From: a virus
Taxonomy: Duplodnaviria > Caudoviricetes
Length of the DNA stretch: 38,913 nt
Virus record (IMG/VR): IMGVR_UViG_3300020470_000060
Coordinates: 1 to 38,913 of that record
Reading direction: 5' to 3' (one strand)
Positions within the stretch are counted from its first letter, which is position 1; each line of letters begins with the position of its first letter. The notes under the pieces were generated by a model. That model did no database searches, had not been told where the DNA came from, and saw only the letters and a program-made list of their open reading frames with translations. The position numbers and the translations under genes are program-made. Positions 1 through 9,761 of the stretch are shown here, piece by piece.

Positions 1-552
1 GCCACCACCGCCTCCAGCGACTTGACGAATGCTTCCTCGGTTAGTGTTTGCTATGTACAAAATAGAAGCAGCACCTCCACCACCTCCACCAGCAGAGCAA
101 CCTCCACAGGCAGGGTACATTCCTAGTGCTCCATTACCATAAGATGTAGAATTATTTCCTCCAGATCCAGCACCCCAACAACCATGACATCCTGATCCTC
201 CACCACCACCTCTACCTACAGCAGCGATCCAGTATTGACCAGCAGTTGTCATAATCTCAGAGTATGATGCACCTCCAGATCCACCATTATTACCACCTTG
301 TCCTCCTCTACCACCAGCAGCACCCCACATCCAAACATACAAGAGTGCTTCACCAGTACCAGATATATCGTTTACTTGGAATCCATTAGTACCACCAGAC
401 TGGAATCTATGGAATCTAACAGGCAATCCACCCTGTCTACTATTAGTACCATTCCATTGACTACCACCTGATGCAGACTGGATCAGTGATGCACCAGCAC
501 CACCTCCACCAGCAGCACCCATCAATCCAACTTTATTAACACCAATTGGCAT
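1..552 (-). CDS. Glycine-rich (polyglycine II, ALK/LTK GRD-like) tail fibre/adhesin protein, 3'-truncated by the window edge
   Basis: Not in the ORF track; translated by hand. ATG at 552, GGAGG SD at 559-563, open to base 1: MPIGVNKVGLMGAAGGGGAG...YVWMWGAAGGRGG...AAVGRGGGGGSGCHGCWG...PACGGCSAGGGGGGAASI...VAGGGGG. Confidence 0.8.
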   Translation of the reverse strand, partial: MPIGVNKVGLMGAAGGGGAGASLIQSASGGSQWNGTNSRQGGLPVRFHRFQSGGTNGFQVNDISGTGEALLYVWMWGAAGGRGGQGGNNGGSGGASYSEIMTTAGQYWIAAVGRGGGGGSGCHGCWGAGSGGNNSTSYGNGALGMYPACGGCSAGGGGGGAASILYIANTNRGSIRQVAGGGGG

Positions 553-563
553 GATAAACCTCC

Positions 564-1421
564 TTATTCATACTTGGTTTCCATAGCAAATACATGCCAT
601 CCACCATCTAAGAAGAACTGTATTTGATATACATCCCAGTTTGGACCAACCTCTCTGCTAGTATTATTCCAATATATGAACTGAGGGTTAGATCCATTAA
701 TTTGTACGTTACTAGCGTAACCAGTACCATTTATCTGTCTGACTATTACTGTAGCAGAATAAACAAAACCACCTGAAGTAGGTACATTGGTAAAGTTTAT
801 AGTGAAGTTACCATTATATCCGTTAGGGTTCTGTGTGACAAATACGTTTGCTTGACTATGATCTAATGTAGATGTGCTTGCTTTAGAGAAAGCAAGTAAT
901 CTTTCTTTTGTTTGACCGAATTCTAAATGTGCACCTGGTACTAATCTTAATTGATTATTAATAGCAGCGTTGTTAAAGAAACGAGTAGATTGTAGATCTT
1001 CGTCTACACCTATCAAGGTCCATGTAGCACCAGTCTCAATCGTAACTGTGTAACCATTGGCAATAGTTATAGGAGCAGCAGAGAAACCGTTTGTAAACTC
1101 AGGACCACCATTTGCTGTGGGACCTATTGTTAAGTTCTCTGATATAGTAGTACCATTCGTACGTACTATACTATTCTCACCAATAGAAGGTCCACCTCCA
1201 CCTACAGATGCCCAACCTGGTGCACCAGATACATCTTGTCGCCAGATTTGTGCTTCATCTTCAGTAGAGTTAAAGATTAAGGTACCAAATGCAGGTGTAC
1301 CTAAGGCATTAACTGCTGTCTGATTAAGTTCTGGCAGATTGACTTGTTCTGTGACTGTCAGAGCAGTTATAATTGCTCTAGTCGCAGCATCAATCTGGTT
1401 ACCTATAATCTTTGTTGACAT
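564..1421 (-). CDS. Virion structural / tail-fibre-associated protein
   Basis: 285 aa, beta-rich and T/N/G-rich. GTLIFNST...W and IVRTNGTTISENLTI...APITIANGYTVTIETGATW segments are typical of phage fibre modules; lies in the late structural block. Confidence 0.7.
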   Translation of the reverse strand: MSTKIIGNQIDAATRAIITALTVTEQVNLPELNQTAVNALGTPAFGTLIFNSTEDEAQIWRQDVSGAPGWASVGGGGPSIGENSIVRTNGTTISENLTIGPTANGGPEFTNGFSAAPITIANGYTVTIETGATWTLIGVDEDLQSTRFFNNAAINNQLRLVPGAHLEFGQTKERLLAFSKASTSTLDHSQANVFVTQNPNGYNGNFTINFTNVPTSGGFVYSATVIVRQINGTGYASNVQINGSNPQFIYWNNTSREVGPNWDVYQIQFFLDGGWHVFAMETKYE

Positions 1422-1440
1422 TTTTTAACCGCTCGTGAAA

Positions 1441-4400
1441 TTAAATAACAAGTTCACGGATCTGAATTGTATCACCAGTTCCAGGTGGAGAGGATATACT
1501 AAAGTCAACAGCATTACCTGTGACTGTATAGTCCACACCAGGGACTTGAGCGACACCATTTAGGAATACTAAAAGTGAGTAGGCAGTGTGTCCAGGCGAA
1601 ATATTAAACGTCTGAGTTGCACCATTACCATTATATGTGACACCGTTATTGCCATTAGCAATACCCGTTGCTAAAGTATATTTATCTGCACAACCATACT
1701 TTCCAGAAACATCCAAATCACCATCAAGCATAGTGTTACCACTAATCTTCATGCGATGGGAAGCATCAGGTGCCATGCCGATACCATAATGTGTAACACC
1801 AGAGTATCTGTTAGAAACTATAGGTGTACTATCACTTATACCAAACTTATACCATGTGCCAGTATCATATATCCATCCCATAGCATTGCCAGGGGTCCAA
1901 TCAATGTTATAACAAATATCACCATTATTAAATGCTAGTCCAGAAGCAAGGTCAGGTAGACCATTTAATTCCTCAGCGAGGAATGTCTGCTTCAGAACAG
2001 TACCATCATCGTTGGAGTATGTGTACTTAAGGGACTGTATCTCATTCTGGGATGTAACTTTCTTCTGGAAAGTAACAGGACCAGAGAATACAGACTCCAA
2101 CTGGTTAGATGCACCACCAATTACGGTCAGTTTATCTGTAAGAACCAACTCAGAGAATGTCTCAATGGTTGTGTCCTCCTCACCCAACACGTTAAGTTGA
2201 GCAATATCTTCGTTAGTGATCTGACCAGTAACAGGGTTAATAACCTGGTTACCAACGAACAGTTCACCATCACTGTTAACACCAGAGTAGTATGCCACAC
2301 CTGCTGCTTCCTTCAGTGACTGAGATAGTCTCACCTGTTGTGGTGATAGTACCTCCACCTGTGTAGATGGGAACGCAGTTGAGTAGTTACCTGGACCAAA
2401 TCCAAGATACTCAAACGTGTGACCTGATGCTCTCAGAATAGAATATCTTCGCAGTTCTATCTGTAGTGGAGCAACAGACTGGTCTGTGTTAAGTTTCAGT
2501 GCAATCTTTCTTTCTTCTTCATCACCTAATCTGGCAGTAACCAGTATTCCATTAAGTGAGTTGGAAGTAGTGTTATATCCTAAGTTATTCTCTGACTCTA
2601 AGAGTAAGAACTGTGTTGTCTCTTTAGTGATAGAGAGTTGCTTATTCTCATTAGGTGTTGGTGTAGCACCATCAGTGGTCTTAACCACACCCAATACTTC
2701 ATTATCTGCAACAGATACAGCAGCAGCAGGGTCAGCAACTGGGTTGTCTCTGTCAAATGCAGGATATATATCTATTGTTGCCTGTGAGAAGGCAAAGTCA
2801 TCGAAGTTTGATGTTGCTGGTGAGACTGATGCAGAGAGTAATGTGAGGTAATAGATACCGTCCTTGACACCACGCTCAAATTCTTGGAATGTCTCAACAT
2901 CGTAGATATAGTAGGTCTTACTGTAGGCAGGGCTATTGGTCTCCGAAGAACGAGGCTGTAGAACAAAACCAGTAATAGGAGGTCTTGGGATTGGGAATGC
3001 GTCTTTATTGAGAGTATACCTAAATCTGTAGGTTCTGTCATTAAGGTCTCTAGCATCAGGCACCCTGCGAATAAATGTAGTAGGAGTAAATCCTAAGTTC
3101 TGATACAGGTTATTTGCCTGTAGCGTAGTATATATTGTATTAGCAGAGCTATCTACCTGTATATACCACTGATTCCTATTAGTATCATATTTGATTGGGT
3201 TCTCATCATCACCTGCTCTAGTACCTGTAACATCTGGACCTGCAGGGTTAATGTCTGCATAATGGGTCGTTGGTTCTGAGGCACCTGAGGCAATTAGGGC
3301 AACATAGATTTTATCAGGTGTGTTGACATCATCTCTTCTAGCACCAACAGTATAACCCTGAATCTTCGAAGGTGGTCTACCTAATTGGCTAGTATATCCA
3401 TAGAGATACAATCTAGATGCGTCTGCTTCTGCTCTAGTTGCATTAATATCAATAGTAACCCAGTTAATAGATATCTCATCTACATCACTGAGTGACTTAG
3501 GTGGTATAACGTGAGTTAATTCACCTGCTTTATCTTTTGTGAATGCTGCTTTCTTAAATCCTTTACTTCGGAGAGAAGTGTTACCAAAGTTTGAGTTTGA
3601 GTTGGTGATAGAGAGGTCACCGCCGCTATCGGAGAAGAAGTGATCACCGAAACCAACAGCGAACACCGAGACGACCTGGATAAATGCATCATTTGATGCT
3701 TTAATGTGACGATGCCGCCAACCCTTTCGATACTCGGATAGTCCATTAATATGAGCACCAGATCCCGCAGCTTGGGCTTCATATGCTCCAGTACTTTGGT
3801 TGTATAGTACGAACGCTCTGTCATCTTTCTGGAGTGATATACCCGTAAACTGGGCAACCACCATAGACTTAAATCCAGTCGCTTCATCACCATCAGCATG
3901 CATACCATTGATACCCCAAACTGATCTCAGTGAACAGTTAAAGACATATGGTGATGCTGAGTCAACAGTATCGATTTCGACCTTAACAAGAATATTAGAA
4001 CCGATAGCATTACCAGATGGTTCAGTTGACATCTGATAGGTAAACTGGTTACCCTGTGCAGATGTTACCAAGAATGAACCATTATAGAGGAGTTGATCCT
4101 GCTCAGTAGGACCAGTAACCCCAGATATATTAACAGCGACACCCACGGAGAATCCATGGTTCTTTGGATTGCCCAACGCATCCACTGTGAATGCTGTGGC
4201 GGTTTGTCCATTTCGGATGATTTGTGATACAGCAAATTCGTCGGAGATAGGACCAACAATCCTGTTTTCTTCGACTCTTGCCTGTAATTGGTCTTGTGCT
4301 ACAACACCTGAAGAGTCAGGTATAGTTGCATATGCTTTAGAGATCTTCTGATAATATAAGTTTAGATCAGTTATATTTGCGAACTCAAAACAAGTTAATT

Positions 4401-5013
4401 TATGATGTGAAAAGTTTGGTGCAATAGTGCTTATGTCGTCAGCCCTGTAGTAAACTCCGTTGGTATCTCCGTCAAAGAACGACTGTTGCCAGAAGTAGCA
4501 ACCACCTGTGAGTTTAAATATACCAGCAGCAGCAGGTTCATTAGTAGCAGTAATACCGAGACTACCCTGTACTGTGGGATAAGGGACATATTTTGGAACG
4601 ACTTTGGTTCTACGTAAGTCCGAACCAACAACAGAACAACCCCTAGGGACAATAATACCACCAGCAGCAGCATTAAATTTATAAAGAACATTACTCGAAG
4701 AAGTTAAATCAAAATTTGAGTTAGAATCAAAAGGTTGTATGTCATTATAGTTAGCAACACCAGGTCTATTGTCTATAACATAGTCTGATGGGTATAGGTA
4801 GATTGAGAATGCGTCAAATTCATCATTACTAAGTCCAACTCTATATGAAAATCTAGCTACCTCTAGAAATGCACGTTGCAACGTCTTAAAGGGACGCAAT
4901 GCAGAGTTACCTCGGTTATCGTAAGCATCCGATGCATCAAAGTCGTCGGGGTTAACGTATATAATACGTCCAGTCCTCGACGTGATGATATTTTTAAGAC
5001 GAGTAAGTGCCAT
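1441..5013 (-). CDS. Large virion structural protein (cyanophage tail fibre/baseplate-associated, beta-helix-like N-terminus)
   Basis: 1190 aa. N-terminus IYVNPDDFDASD...GNSALRPFKTLQRA and GCSVVGSDLRRTKV are typical of cyanophage fibre proteins; C-terminal LLVFLNGVAQVPGVDYTV module; late promoter upstream. Confidence 0.8.
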   Translation of the reverse strand: MALTRLKNIITSRTGRIIYVNPDDFDASDAYDNRGNSALRPFKTLQRAFLEVARFSYRVGLSNDEFDAFSIYLYPSDYVIDNRPGVANYNDIQPFDSNSNFDLTSSSNVLYKFNAAAGGIIVPRGCSVVGSDLRRTKVVPKYVPYPTVQGSLGITATNEPAAAGIFKLTGGCYFWQQSFFDGDTNGVYYRADDISTIAPNFSHHKLTCFEFANITDLNLYYQKISKAYATIPDSSGVVAQDQLQARVEENRIVGPISDEFAVSQIIRNGQTATAFTVDALGNPKNHGFSVGVAVNISGVTGPTEQDQLLYNGSFLVTSAQGNQFTYQMSTEPSGNAIGSNILVKVEIDTVDSASPYVFNCSLRSVWGINGMHADGDEATGFKSMVVAQFTGISLQKDDRAFVLYNQSTGAYEAQAAGSGAHINGLSEYRKGWRHRHIKASNDAFIQVVSVFAVGFGDHFFSDSGGDLSITNSNSNFGNTSLRSKGFKKAAFTKDKAGELTHVIPPKSLSDVDEISINWVTIDINATRAEADASRLYLYGYTSQLGRPPSKIQGYTVGARRDDVNTPDKIYVALIASGASEPTTHYADINPAGPDVTGTRAGDDENPIKYDTNRNQWYIQVDSSANTIYTTLQANNLYQNLGFTPTTFIRRVPDARDLNDRTYRFRYTLNKDAFPIPRPPITGFVLQPRSSETNSPAYSKTYYIYDVETFQEFERGVKDGIYYLTLLSASVSPATSNFDDFAFSQATIDIYPAFDRDNPVADPAAAVSVADNEVLGVVKTTDGATPTPNENKQLSITKETTQFLLLESENNLGYNTTSNSLNGILVTARLGDEEERKIALKLNTDQSVAPLQIELRRYSILRASGHTFEYLGFGPGNYSTAFPSTQVEVLSPQQVRLSQSLKEAAGVAYYSGVNSDGELFVGNQVINPVTGQITNEDIAQLNVLGEEDTTIETFSELVLTDKLTVIGGASNQLESVFSGPVTFQKKVTSQNEIQSLKYTYSNDDGTVLKQTFLAEELNGLPDLASGLAFNNGDICYNIDWTPGNAMGWIYDTGTWYKFGISDSTPIVSNRYSGVTHYGIGMAPDASHRMKISGNTMLDGDLDVSGKYGCADKYTLATGIANGNNGVTYNGNGATQTFNISPGHTAYSLLVFLNGVAQVPGVDYTVTGNAVDFSISSPPGTGDTIQIRELVI

Positions 5014-5038
5014 TTAATTGATCTCTGTCCTATTGTAC

Positions 5039-5045
5039 TATTTAT
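5039..5045 (-). promoter_or_regulatory. T4-type late promoter (ATAAATA)
   Basis: Intergenic, about 26 nt upstream of the ATG at 5013. Confidence 0.7.
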
Positions 5046-5053
5046 TTCACACC

Positions 5054-7270
5054 TTAAGGGGTGGGTCCACCAGCGGCATTCTTGGATACAGAAAGCACAA
5101 CATAATCATCAGCATTACTCTCAAATCCAGTAACAGCATAACTAATGTCTGCTGCACTAGAGTATACAAGTATATTCTGTCCAGGTCCAACTACTACTCC
5201 AGTAATTCGATCTGTAGCATTTGCTGCAATCGCTTTATCATAAGCAAACCAATCTTCAGCATTACAATACACTAATGTAGTAGCACCAGCAGCGTCACCA
5301 GTACCAATAGTTGCTACATTAAACGTTAAGTTTGCAGCACCACCACCACCAAGTTGAGCGTCAGTGACAGTTAGTGTTTCAGCAGCAGCATAATCCTTAC
5401 CACCATTGACCAATGTAACAGTGGCAGCACCAGATCCATCAACAACAACATTAACCTTAAGACCTGACCCTGAACCACCAGTAGGTAAAATTCCATTATA
5501 TGTTCCTGCTGTTCTAGAACCATCAGCAGCACCAATACTACCTAGAGTCTGTGCTTTACCTGATACAACTTCTGTCCAGCGACGTGATCCATCAACTTCA
5601 GTAACACTGTCGTATAGATTGTCACCTACAGCAACCGCAGGAGATCCTTCATCTAGTGATATCTTTAGAACATTTCTATCAGCATCCCAATCATGAACAT
5701 ATCCATAGAAACCAGGTGTAACACCACCAGCATCAATAGTATATGTTGTAGCACCAATAGTAAACTGTGCTGCAGCAGCAAATGCTTTGCCTCTCACAGC
5801 ATATACGTATATGTCTTTATAAAATGGTTCTAATACTGTAGTAATACCCCAACCATATCCAGCATTAGCATCAGCAGTGTTAGCTACAGCAGGTTCAGCA
5901 TAAGAGTTTAATGTCAATGGAGTGGCAGCAGTGATTGCAATCTCTAGATAACATCCCGCTTGACCAGCAGTACCAACTTTCGTTACACCAGTTGTATACT
6001 CTGTACCAGTTAAACCCTGCGTACCATCTATTTCTTCTGATAATCTAAACGGATGACCAGTGTTACTAGCATCTGTTTGGTGATATCTAATAGTACGCTC
6101 CACCTCCATCTCAGGGTTTAATGGTAATTCATACACACCACCTGCAGATCCCTCTGCATAGATGAATTTATCAACATTAATGATATCAGATGAACCTTGT
6201 GAGAAGTTTAATTGCACAGTAGCAGAACTAGTGCCACCAGTAAGGGTTTCACCTTCAGTAAAGAAGTTTAGATAATAATCACCAGCATCTGTTAGTTGAG
6301 TAATAGCAGAACCATCGTTATGGTTAACAGCAGATGTACCATACTGTCCACGTACAACAGTTAAGTCATTACCAGCAACCTCACTAACCTGAAGAATCTC
6401 GTTACCAATCTGAATAAATGCACCTGATAGGAATCCAGTAGCATCTGCAATAGTTAGTGTAGTATCACCAGCAGCAAATGTTCCAGACTCGTCAATTGTA
6501 CTTGTGGTTGCAGAGTCAATGTATGATTTAGCAAATGCTCCAGCAGGGATAACTTGAGCAGTTGTACCAAGAACACCACGAGTAACAGTCAGTTCATTAT
6601 TAGCAACGTTAATACCAGTAGGATCGATTTCGATAATCTCAGTTGCAGAAACAGAGTCAATTGCGATCATCAACCTTGCACCATCAGCAAGACCTGTGTT
6701 TCTTGATACGTTAACAACAGTAGCATTTGCTGCAACATCTGCTACTTCTGCATAAATGGCAGCAGTAGTTGCTTCATAAGCACGAAGTGTAGCAGTTAAT
6801 CCAGAAAAACCACCAGTAAGAGTTTCACCAACAGTAAATGAACCTGTTACTTGCTCACTGTTGCCTTCAGTTTGCAGGATTTTGGCAACCTTTAAATAAC
6901 GATGAACTGTATCAGTAGACTTATAAACATCTAACAATTTAGCAATACTACCATCAGTAGTAGCAATATCAGCACCTGGAGTTGCTTCGTTAAACTGAAT
7001 GCCAGGGGTAACAGTTAATTTGTAGTTTGCAAAGGCATTACCCTTAGTAAACTCATATTTCTTACTATCATCAGTACTCGACGATTCATCTCCGTCCAAA
7101 GTAATTATCTGATTATAGTCTCGAACTGCTGCACGATAAGTAACACCTGAACCAGACTGATTAGTAGCAGAAAAGACTACTGCCCCAGTGTTGTTAATGT
7201 CAGTACCGTAAAGTTTCGTATTTGTTGTAGCCACTGGTTTTGCTGCGGCTAAGCGTCCTGCTGCTGTCAT
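5054..7270 (-). CDS. Virion structural protein, multi-domain
   Basis: 738 aa, T/A/G-rich, with two E(I/L)...N.LTV.RG..GT.A repeats; lies in the late block. Confidence 0.75.
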   Translation of the reverse strand: MTAAGRLAAAKPVATTNTKLYGTDINNTGAVVFSATNQSGSGVTYRAAVRDYNQIITLDGDESSSTDDSKKYEFTKGNAFANYKLTVTPGIQFNEATPGADIATTDGSIAKLLDVYKSTDTVHRYLKVAKILQTEGNSEQVTGSFTVGETLTGGFSGLTATLRAYEATTAAIYAEVADVAANATVVNVSRNTGLADGARLMIAIDSVSATEIIEIDPTGINVANNELTVTRGVLGTTAQVIPAGAFAKSYIDSATTSTIDESGTFAAGDTTLTIADATGFLSGAFIQIGNEILQVSEVAGNDLTVVRGQYGTSAVNHNDGSAITQLTDAGDYYLNFFTEGETLTGGTSSATVQLNFSQGSSDIINVDKFIYAEGSAGGVYELPLNPEMEVERTIRYHQTDASNTGHPFRLSEEIDGTQGLTGTEYTTGVTKVGTAGQAGCYLEIAITAATPLTLNSYAEPAVANTADANAGYGWGITTVLEPFYKDIYVYAVRGKAFAAAAQFTIGATTYTIDAGGVTPGFYGYVHDWDADRNVLKISLDEGSPAVAVGDNLYDSVTEVDGSRRWTEVVSGKAQTLGSIGAADGSRTAGTYNGILPTGGSGSGLKVNVVVDGSGAATVTLVNGGKDYAAAETLTVTDAQLGGGGAANLTFNVATIGTGDAAGATTLVYCNAEDWFAYDKAIAANATDRITGVVVGPGQNILVYSSAADISYAVTGFESNADDYVVLSVSKNAAGGPTP

Positions 7271-7277
7271 TGTTTAA

Positions 7278-8612
7278 TTACCAACCTGCTTGGAAGAATG
7301 ATTGCAAACGGAGTCTTCCTCCGAGAGAAGGTGCACTGATAGCACCACCGAAACTAACACCCACCGCTTCGATGTTGTTAGTAGATAATAGTGTAGCGTC
7401 TGCTCCTGGGAATTTAATTGAGACTGGCTCAGTTATATTAGAAGCATCAATGGTGACAAGACCGTTAACCTCATCAGGGTTATTGATCTTCATATACTCC
7501 ATCGTTTTGTTAGCAAGAGTCTGCGTTGCTTTCTCTGCTACGATGACGTTAGAATCTATGCCATTATTTAGTGGTTCTGCAACAGTACCTTCTGGGAAGG
7601 TCCATTGTAGGTTTGAGTTAGCATTAAGGTTAACTAAGTTAAATGTAATCTTCTTAGTTGCATCTGCACTATCCTCAAAGATAGCACCCTTATAGATCTT
7701 GTTAGTTAATGTCTGTGTAGACGATTCACCAACAACCTTAACATTTAAGTCTGGCCATTGTACAGTTCTATTTGATGTCAATAATGATTGATCAAAGATG
7801 ATGTACTTAGTAGGATTATTAGGATCAGTAGATGGAGTACCAGAAAACTTAGGGTTAACGTGATTCTTATTATATAAGTCTTGTTCAGTCAAGTCATCAA
7901 GCAACGTTGACTGTGTAATCGTAGTACCATAGTCAGGTAAACGATAAATGTGTTGACCTGGTGCTGACCATGCGTCACACTCAAACTTTGCTATCTTAGC
8001 AACATCAGTAGAACCAGTAATCTGTAAATCATTATCTTTAATGATAATAGACTTATTAGTTAAAGTCTGGAAAGTATCTGATGCAACTATTGTCGTAGAT
8101 GTATTAGCACCAACGCTAGGCATATCAAATCGTCGAGTACCACCAGCAGTGGAAACTGTATCAACGTTAAATGTTACCTTTTTGGCAGGGTTCTGGTCAC
8201 CAGCAAGGTAAAAGTTTGTATCAGTTAGCTCTGTAGTACCATTTACGGTAAAGTATCCACTACCCTGTGGAACTATTTCCACACTAGCATTTGCTGCTGC
8301 TGTATCAACTGCACGAACCTGTAAGGTCGATGACCCGTCGTTGTTTAAGTTGCGACTATTATAGATTGATGCACTACCAAATGTCAGACCAATTTCATCT
8401 GCTGCTGATTGGTATACTCCAGTATCTCTATCCAAGTCAAAAGCCAGTCCTGGAGCAGATTGACTGCCTGCAGAAACTGACCTAAAAAGTTGATTGACTT
8501 TTGATTTCCTATTGGGGATCAGTGGATCTGAGATAACAATGGGAAGAACTGCTTCTCCAGTCACCAATGCGTCAGCAATAGTCTCAAGTTGTGATATTCT
8601 CTTGGTTCCCAC
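7278..8612 (-). CDS. Virion structural / fibre-like repeat protein (GTG start)
   Basis: 444 aa. N-terminal KRISQL and GSQSAPGLAFDLDRDTGVY motifs, repeated QTLTNK units; TATAAATA upstream. Confidence 0.75.
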   Translation of the reverse strand: MGTKRISQLETIADALVTGEAVLPIVISDPLIPNRKSKVNQLFRSVSAGSQSAPGLAFDLDRDTGVYQSAADEIGLTFGSASIYNSRNLNNDGSSTLQVRAVDTAAANASVEIVPQGSGYFTVNGTTELTDTNFYLAGDQNPAKKVTFNVDTVSTAGGTRRFDMPSVGANTSTTIVASDTFQTLTNKSIIIKDNDLQITGSTDVAKIAKFECDAWSAPGQHIYRLPDYGTTITQSTLLDDLTEQDLYNKNHVNPKFSGTPSTDPNNPTKYIIFDQSLLTSNRTVQWPDLNVKVVGESSTQTLTNKIYKGAIFEDSADATKKITFNLVNLNANSNLQWTFPEGTVAEPLNNGIDSNVIVAEKATQTLANKTMEYMKINNPDEVNGLVTIDASNITEPVSIKFPGADATLLSTNNIEAVGVSFGGAISAPSLGGRLRLQSFFQAGW

Positions 8613-8638
8613 TATTCACTATCTACGGTATTCCAAGT

Positions 8639-8646
8639 TATTTATA
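8639..8646 (-). promoter_or_regulatory. T4-type late promoter (TATAAATA)
   Basis: Perfect consensus overlapping the upstream stop codon, 27 nt before the GTG at 8612. Confidence 0.8.
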
Positions 8647-8938
8647 ACGTCAAATCCCTCTCTCCCATGAGGAGACTACGCAGCTTTCTCGCTTTATCTG
8701 CATGATCGGAATGATACTTAATCCAAAAGTTCACTTCTTGGAGAATTTCTTCGTATGTATGACGTGCATCAAGGGTTTCATCAGTGAGATAATCTCCTAC
8801 AATTTCACTTAAGCGATTCATTCTTTCTCGCTTATCAACAATATTACCTGGAGATTCTAGATAATTCTTCAGATACTGTTCATTATCATGTGTGCCTGCC
8901 ACTTTAATGTCCCCCGTATGGGTCGTTTGCGTCATCAT
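8642..8938 (-). CDS. Hypothetical protein
   Basis: ORF 8642..8953; the ATG at 8938 follows a GAGGAAGG SD-like element; packed with its neighbours. Confidence 0.65.
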   Translation of the reverse strand: MMTQTTHTGDIKVAGTHDNEQYLKNYLESPGNIVDKRERMNRLSEIVGDYLTDETLDARHTYEEILQEVNFWIKYHSDHADKARKLRSLLMGERDLTL

Positions 8939-9170
8939 AAATACCTTCCTCAATGCGTTTGTTTAATTCCGAATAACTTGATTGGCAATTCGGTGGTTCT
9001 GGATCTATATTACCAGTTTTTCGCTTCCAGTCAACATACATTGCTTGCAACACCCAAGATTGAGAAAGACTCTTAGGTCCATTCTCTAGAAGATCAGTCT
9101 GGTATGCATTGAGTACTTTCATACCCTTGTACTCTTCTCTCCAACTCTTGTGCCATCTCCGTGTTGTCAT
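8904..9170 (-). CDS. Conserved cyanophage hypothetical protein
   Basis: 88 aa, WREEYK...LLENGPKSLSQSW...PEPPNCQSS. Confidence 0.65.
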   Translation of the reverse strand: MTTRRWHKSWREEYKGMKVLNAYQTDLLENGPKSLSQSWVLQAMYVDWKRKTGNIDPEPPNCQSSYSELNKRIEEGIYDDANDPYGGH

Positions 9171-9321
9171 ACTTTTCTGTTAGATATTCTACTGTGTTTG
9201 CAATATCACCCATGGCATCTCTAAGCACAGGTTGTTGACCTGACTCTTGATGAAGTTGGTGATCGATGAGGGACCATCGCCACTGCCCCATATCCTTATT
9301 GTACCATAATCGTATTTGCAT
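9094..9321 (-). CDS. Small hypothetical protein, possible HicB/YegP-like beta-beta-beta-alpha fold
   Basis: 75 aa, IRLWYNKDMGQWRWSL...ESGQQPVLRDAMGDIANTVEYL; CTAAATA immediately upstream. Confidence 0.65.
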   Translation of the reverse strand: MQIRLWYNKDMGQWRWSLIDHQLHQESGQQPVLRDAMGDIANTVEYLTEKYDNTEMAQELERRVQGYESTQCIPD

Positions 9322-9328
9322 GAACTAT

Positions 9329-9610
9329 TTAGTTGGGGACATCCTCATAATTCTCTATTAATGGTGACATTTCGAACATTATAGGGTGACATTCCTCCTC
9401 TATAAGGTAGGAAGACCAACGATATAAGTCCTCTATAGTGATTTTTGGGTTATTAACTGCCTTTGTAATAATCTCTTCGTCAGTAGTGTCGAAACCCTCA
9501 TCATCGAATGTAAATGGAATGCAATTAATCATATGGAGGAGTACAATACCCTCATGACCGTCCATATAATCTAAGATGCAGTATTCAGCGGTAATTTTTA
9601 GCTTCATCAT
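9329..9610 (-). CDS. Hypothetical protein (acidic)
   Basis: 93 aa ORF in the tightly packed minus-strand cluster. Confidence 0.65.
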   Translation of the reverse strand: MMKLKITAEYCILDYMDGHEGIVLLHMINCIPFTFDDEGFDTTDEEIITKAVNNPKITIEDLYRWSSYLIEEECHPIMFEMSPLIENYEDVPN

Positions 9611-9761
9611 CCATCATCACAGCGATTCTCTCCTTAATATCATTCAGTGCTGTACTGATATCAAGAGATTTACTAGTATGTATCGCTGATGCATCCTCAT
9701 ATCCAACAAGTGTCCAATGCCACATATGATCCCATTCACTGAAGTACATCTTGATGTCCAT
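9585..9761 (-). CDS. Small hypothetical protein, likely paralogue of 9094..9321
   Basis: Start re-called to the ATG at 9761 (MDIKMYFSEWDHMWHWTL...ISTALNDIKERI, 58 aa) to avoid a long overlap. Confidence 0.6.
   Translation of the reverse strand: MDIKMYFSEWDHMWHWTLVGYEDASAIHTSKSLDISTALNDIKERIAVMMDDEAKNYR

Noticed and set aside
1434-1458. CGTGAA/TTCACG inverted repeat
   Set aside because: Only 6 bp with a 13-nt loop and no U-tract on the coding strand
2772-4691. Alternate-frame minus-strand ORFs nested in the 1190-aa gene (similar ones occur in gp5, gp32 and others)
   Set aside because: Leu/Val/Met-rich off-frame translations with no independent support
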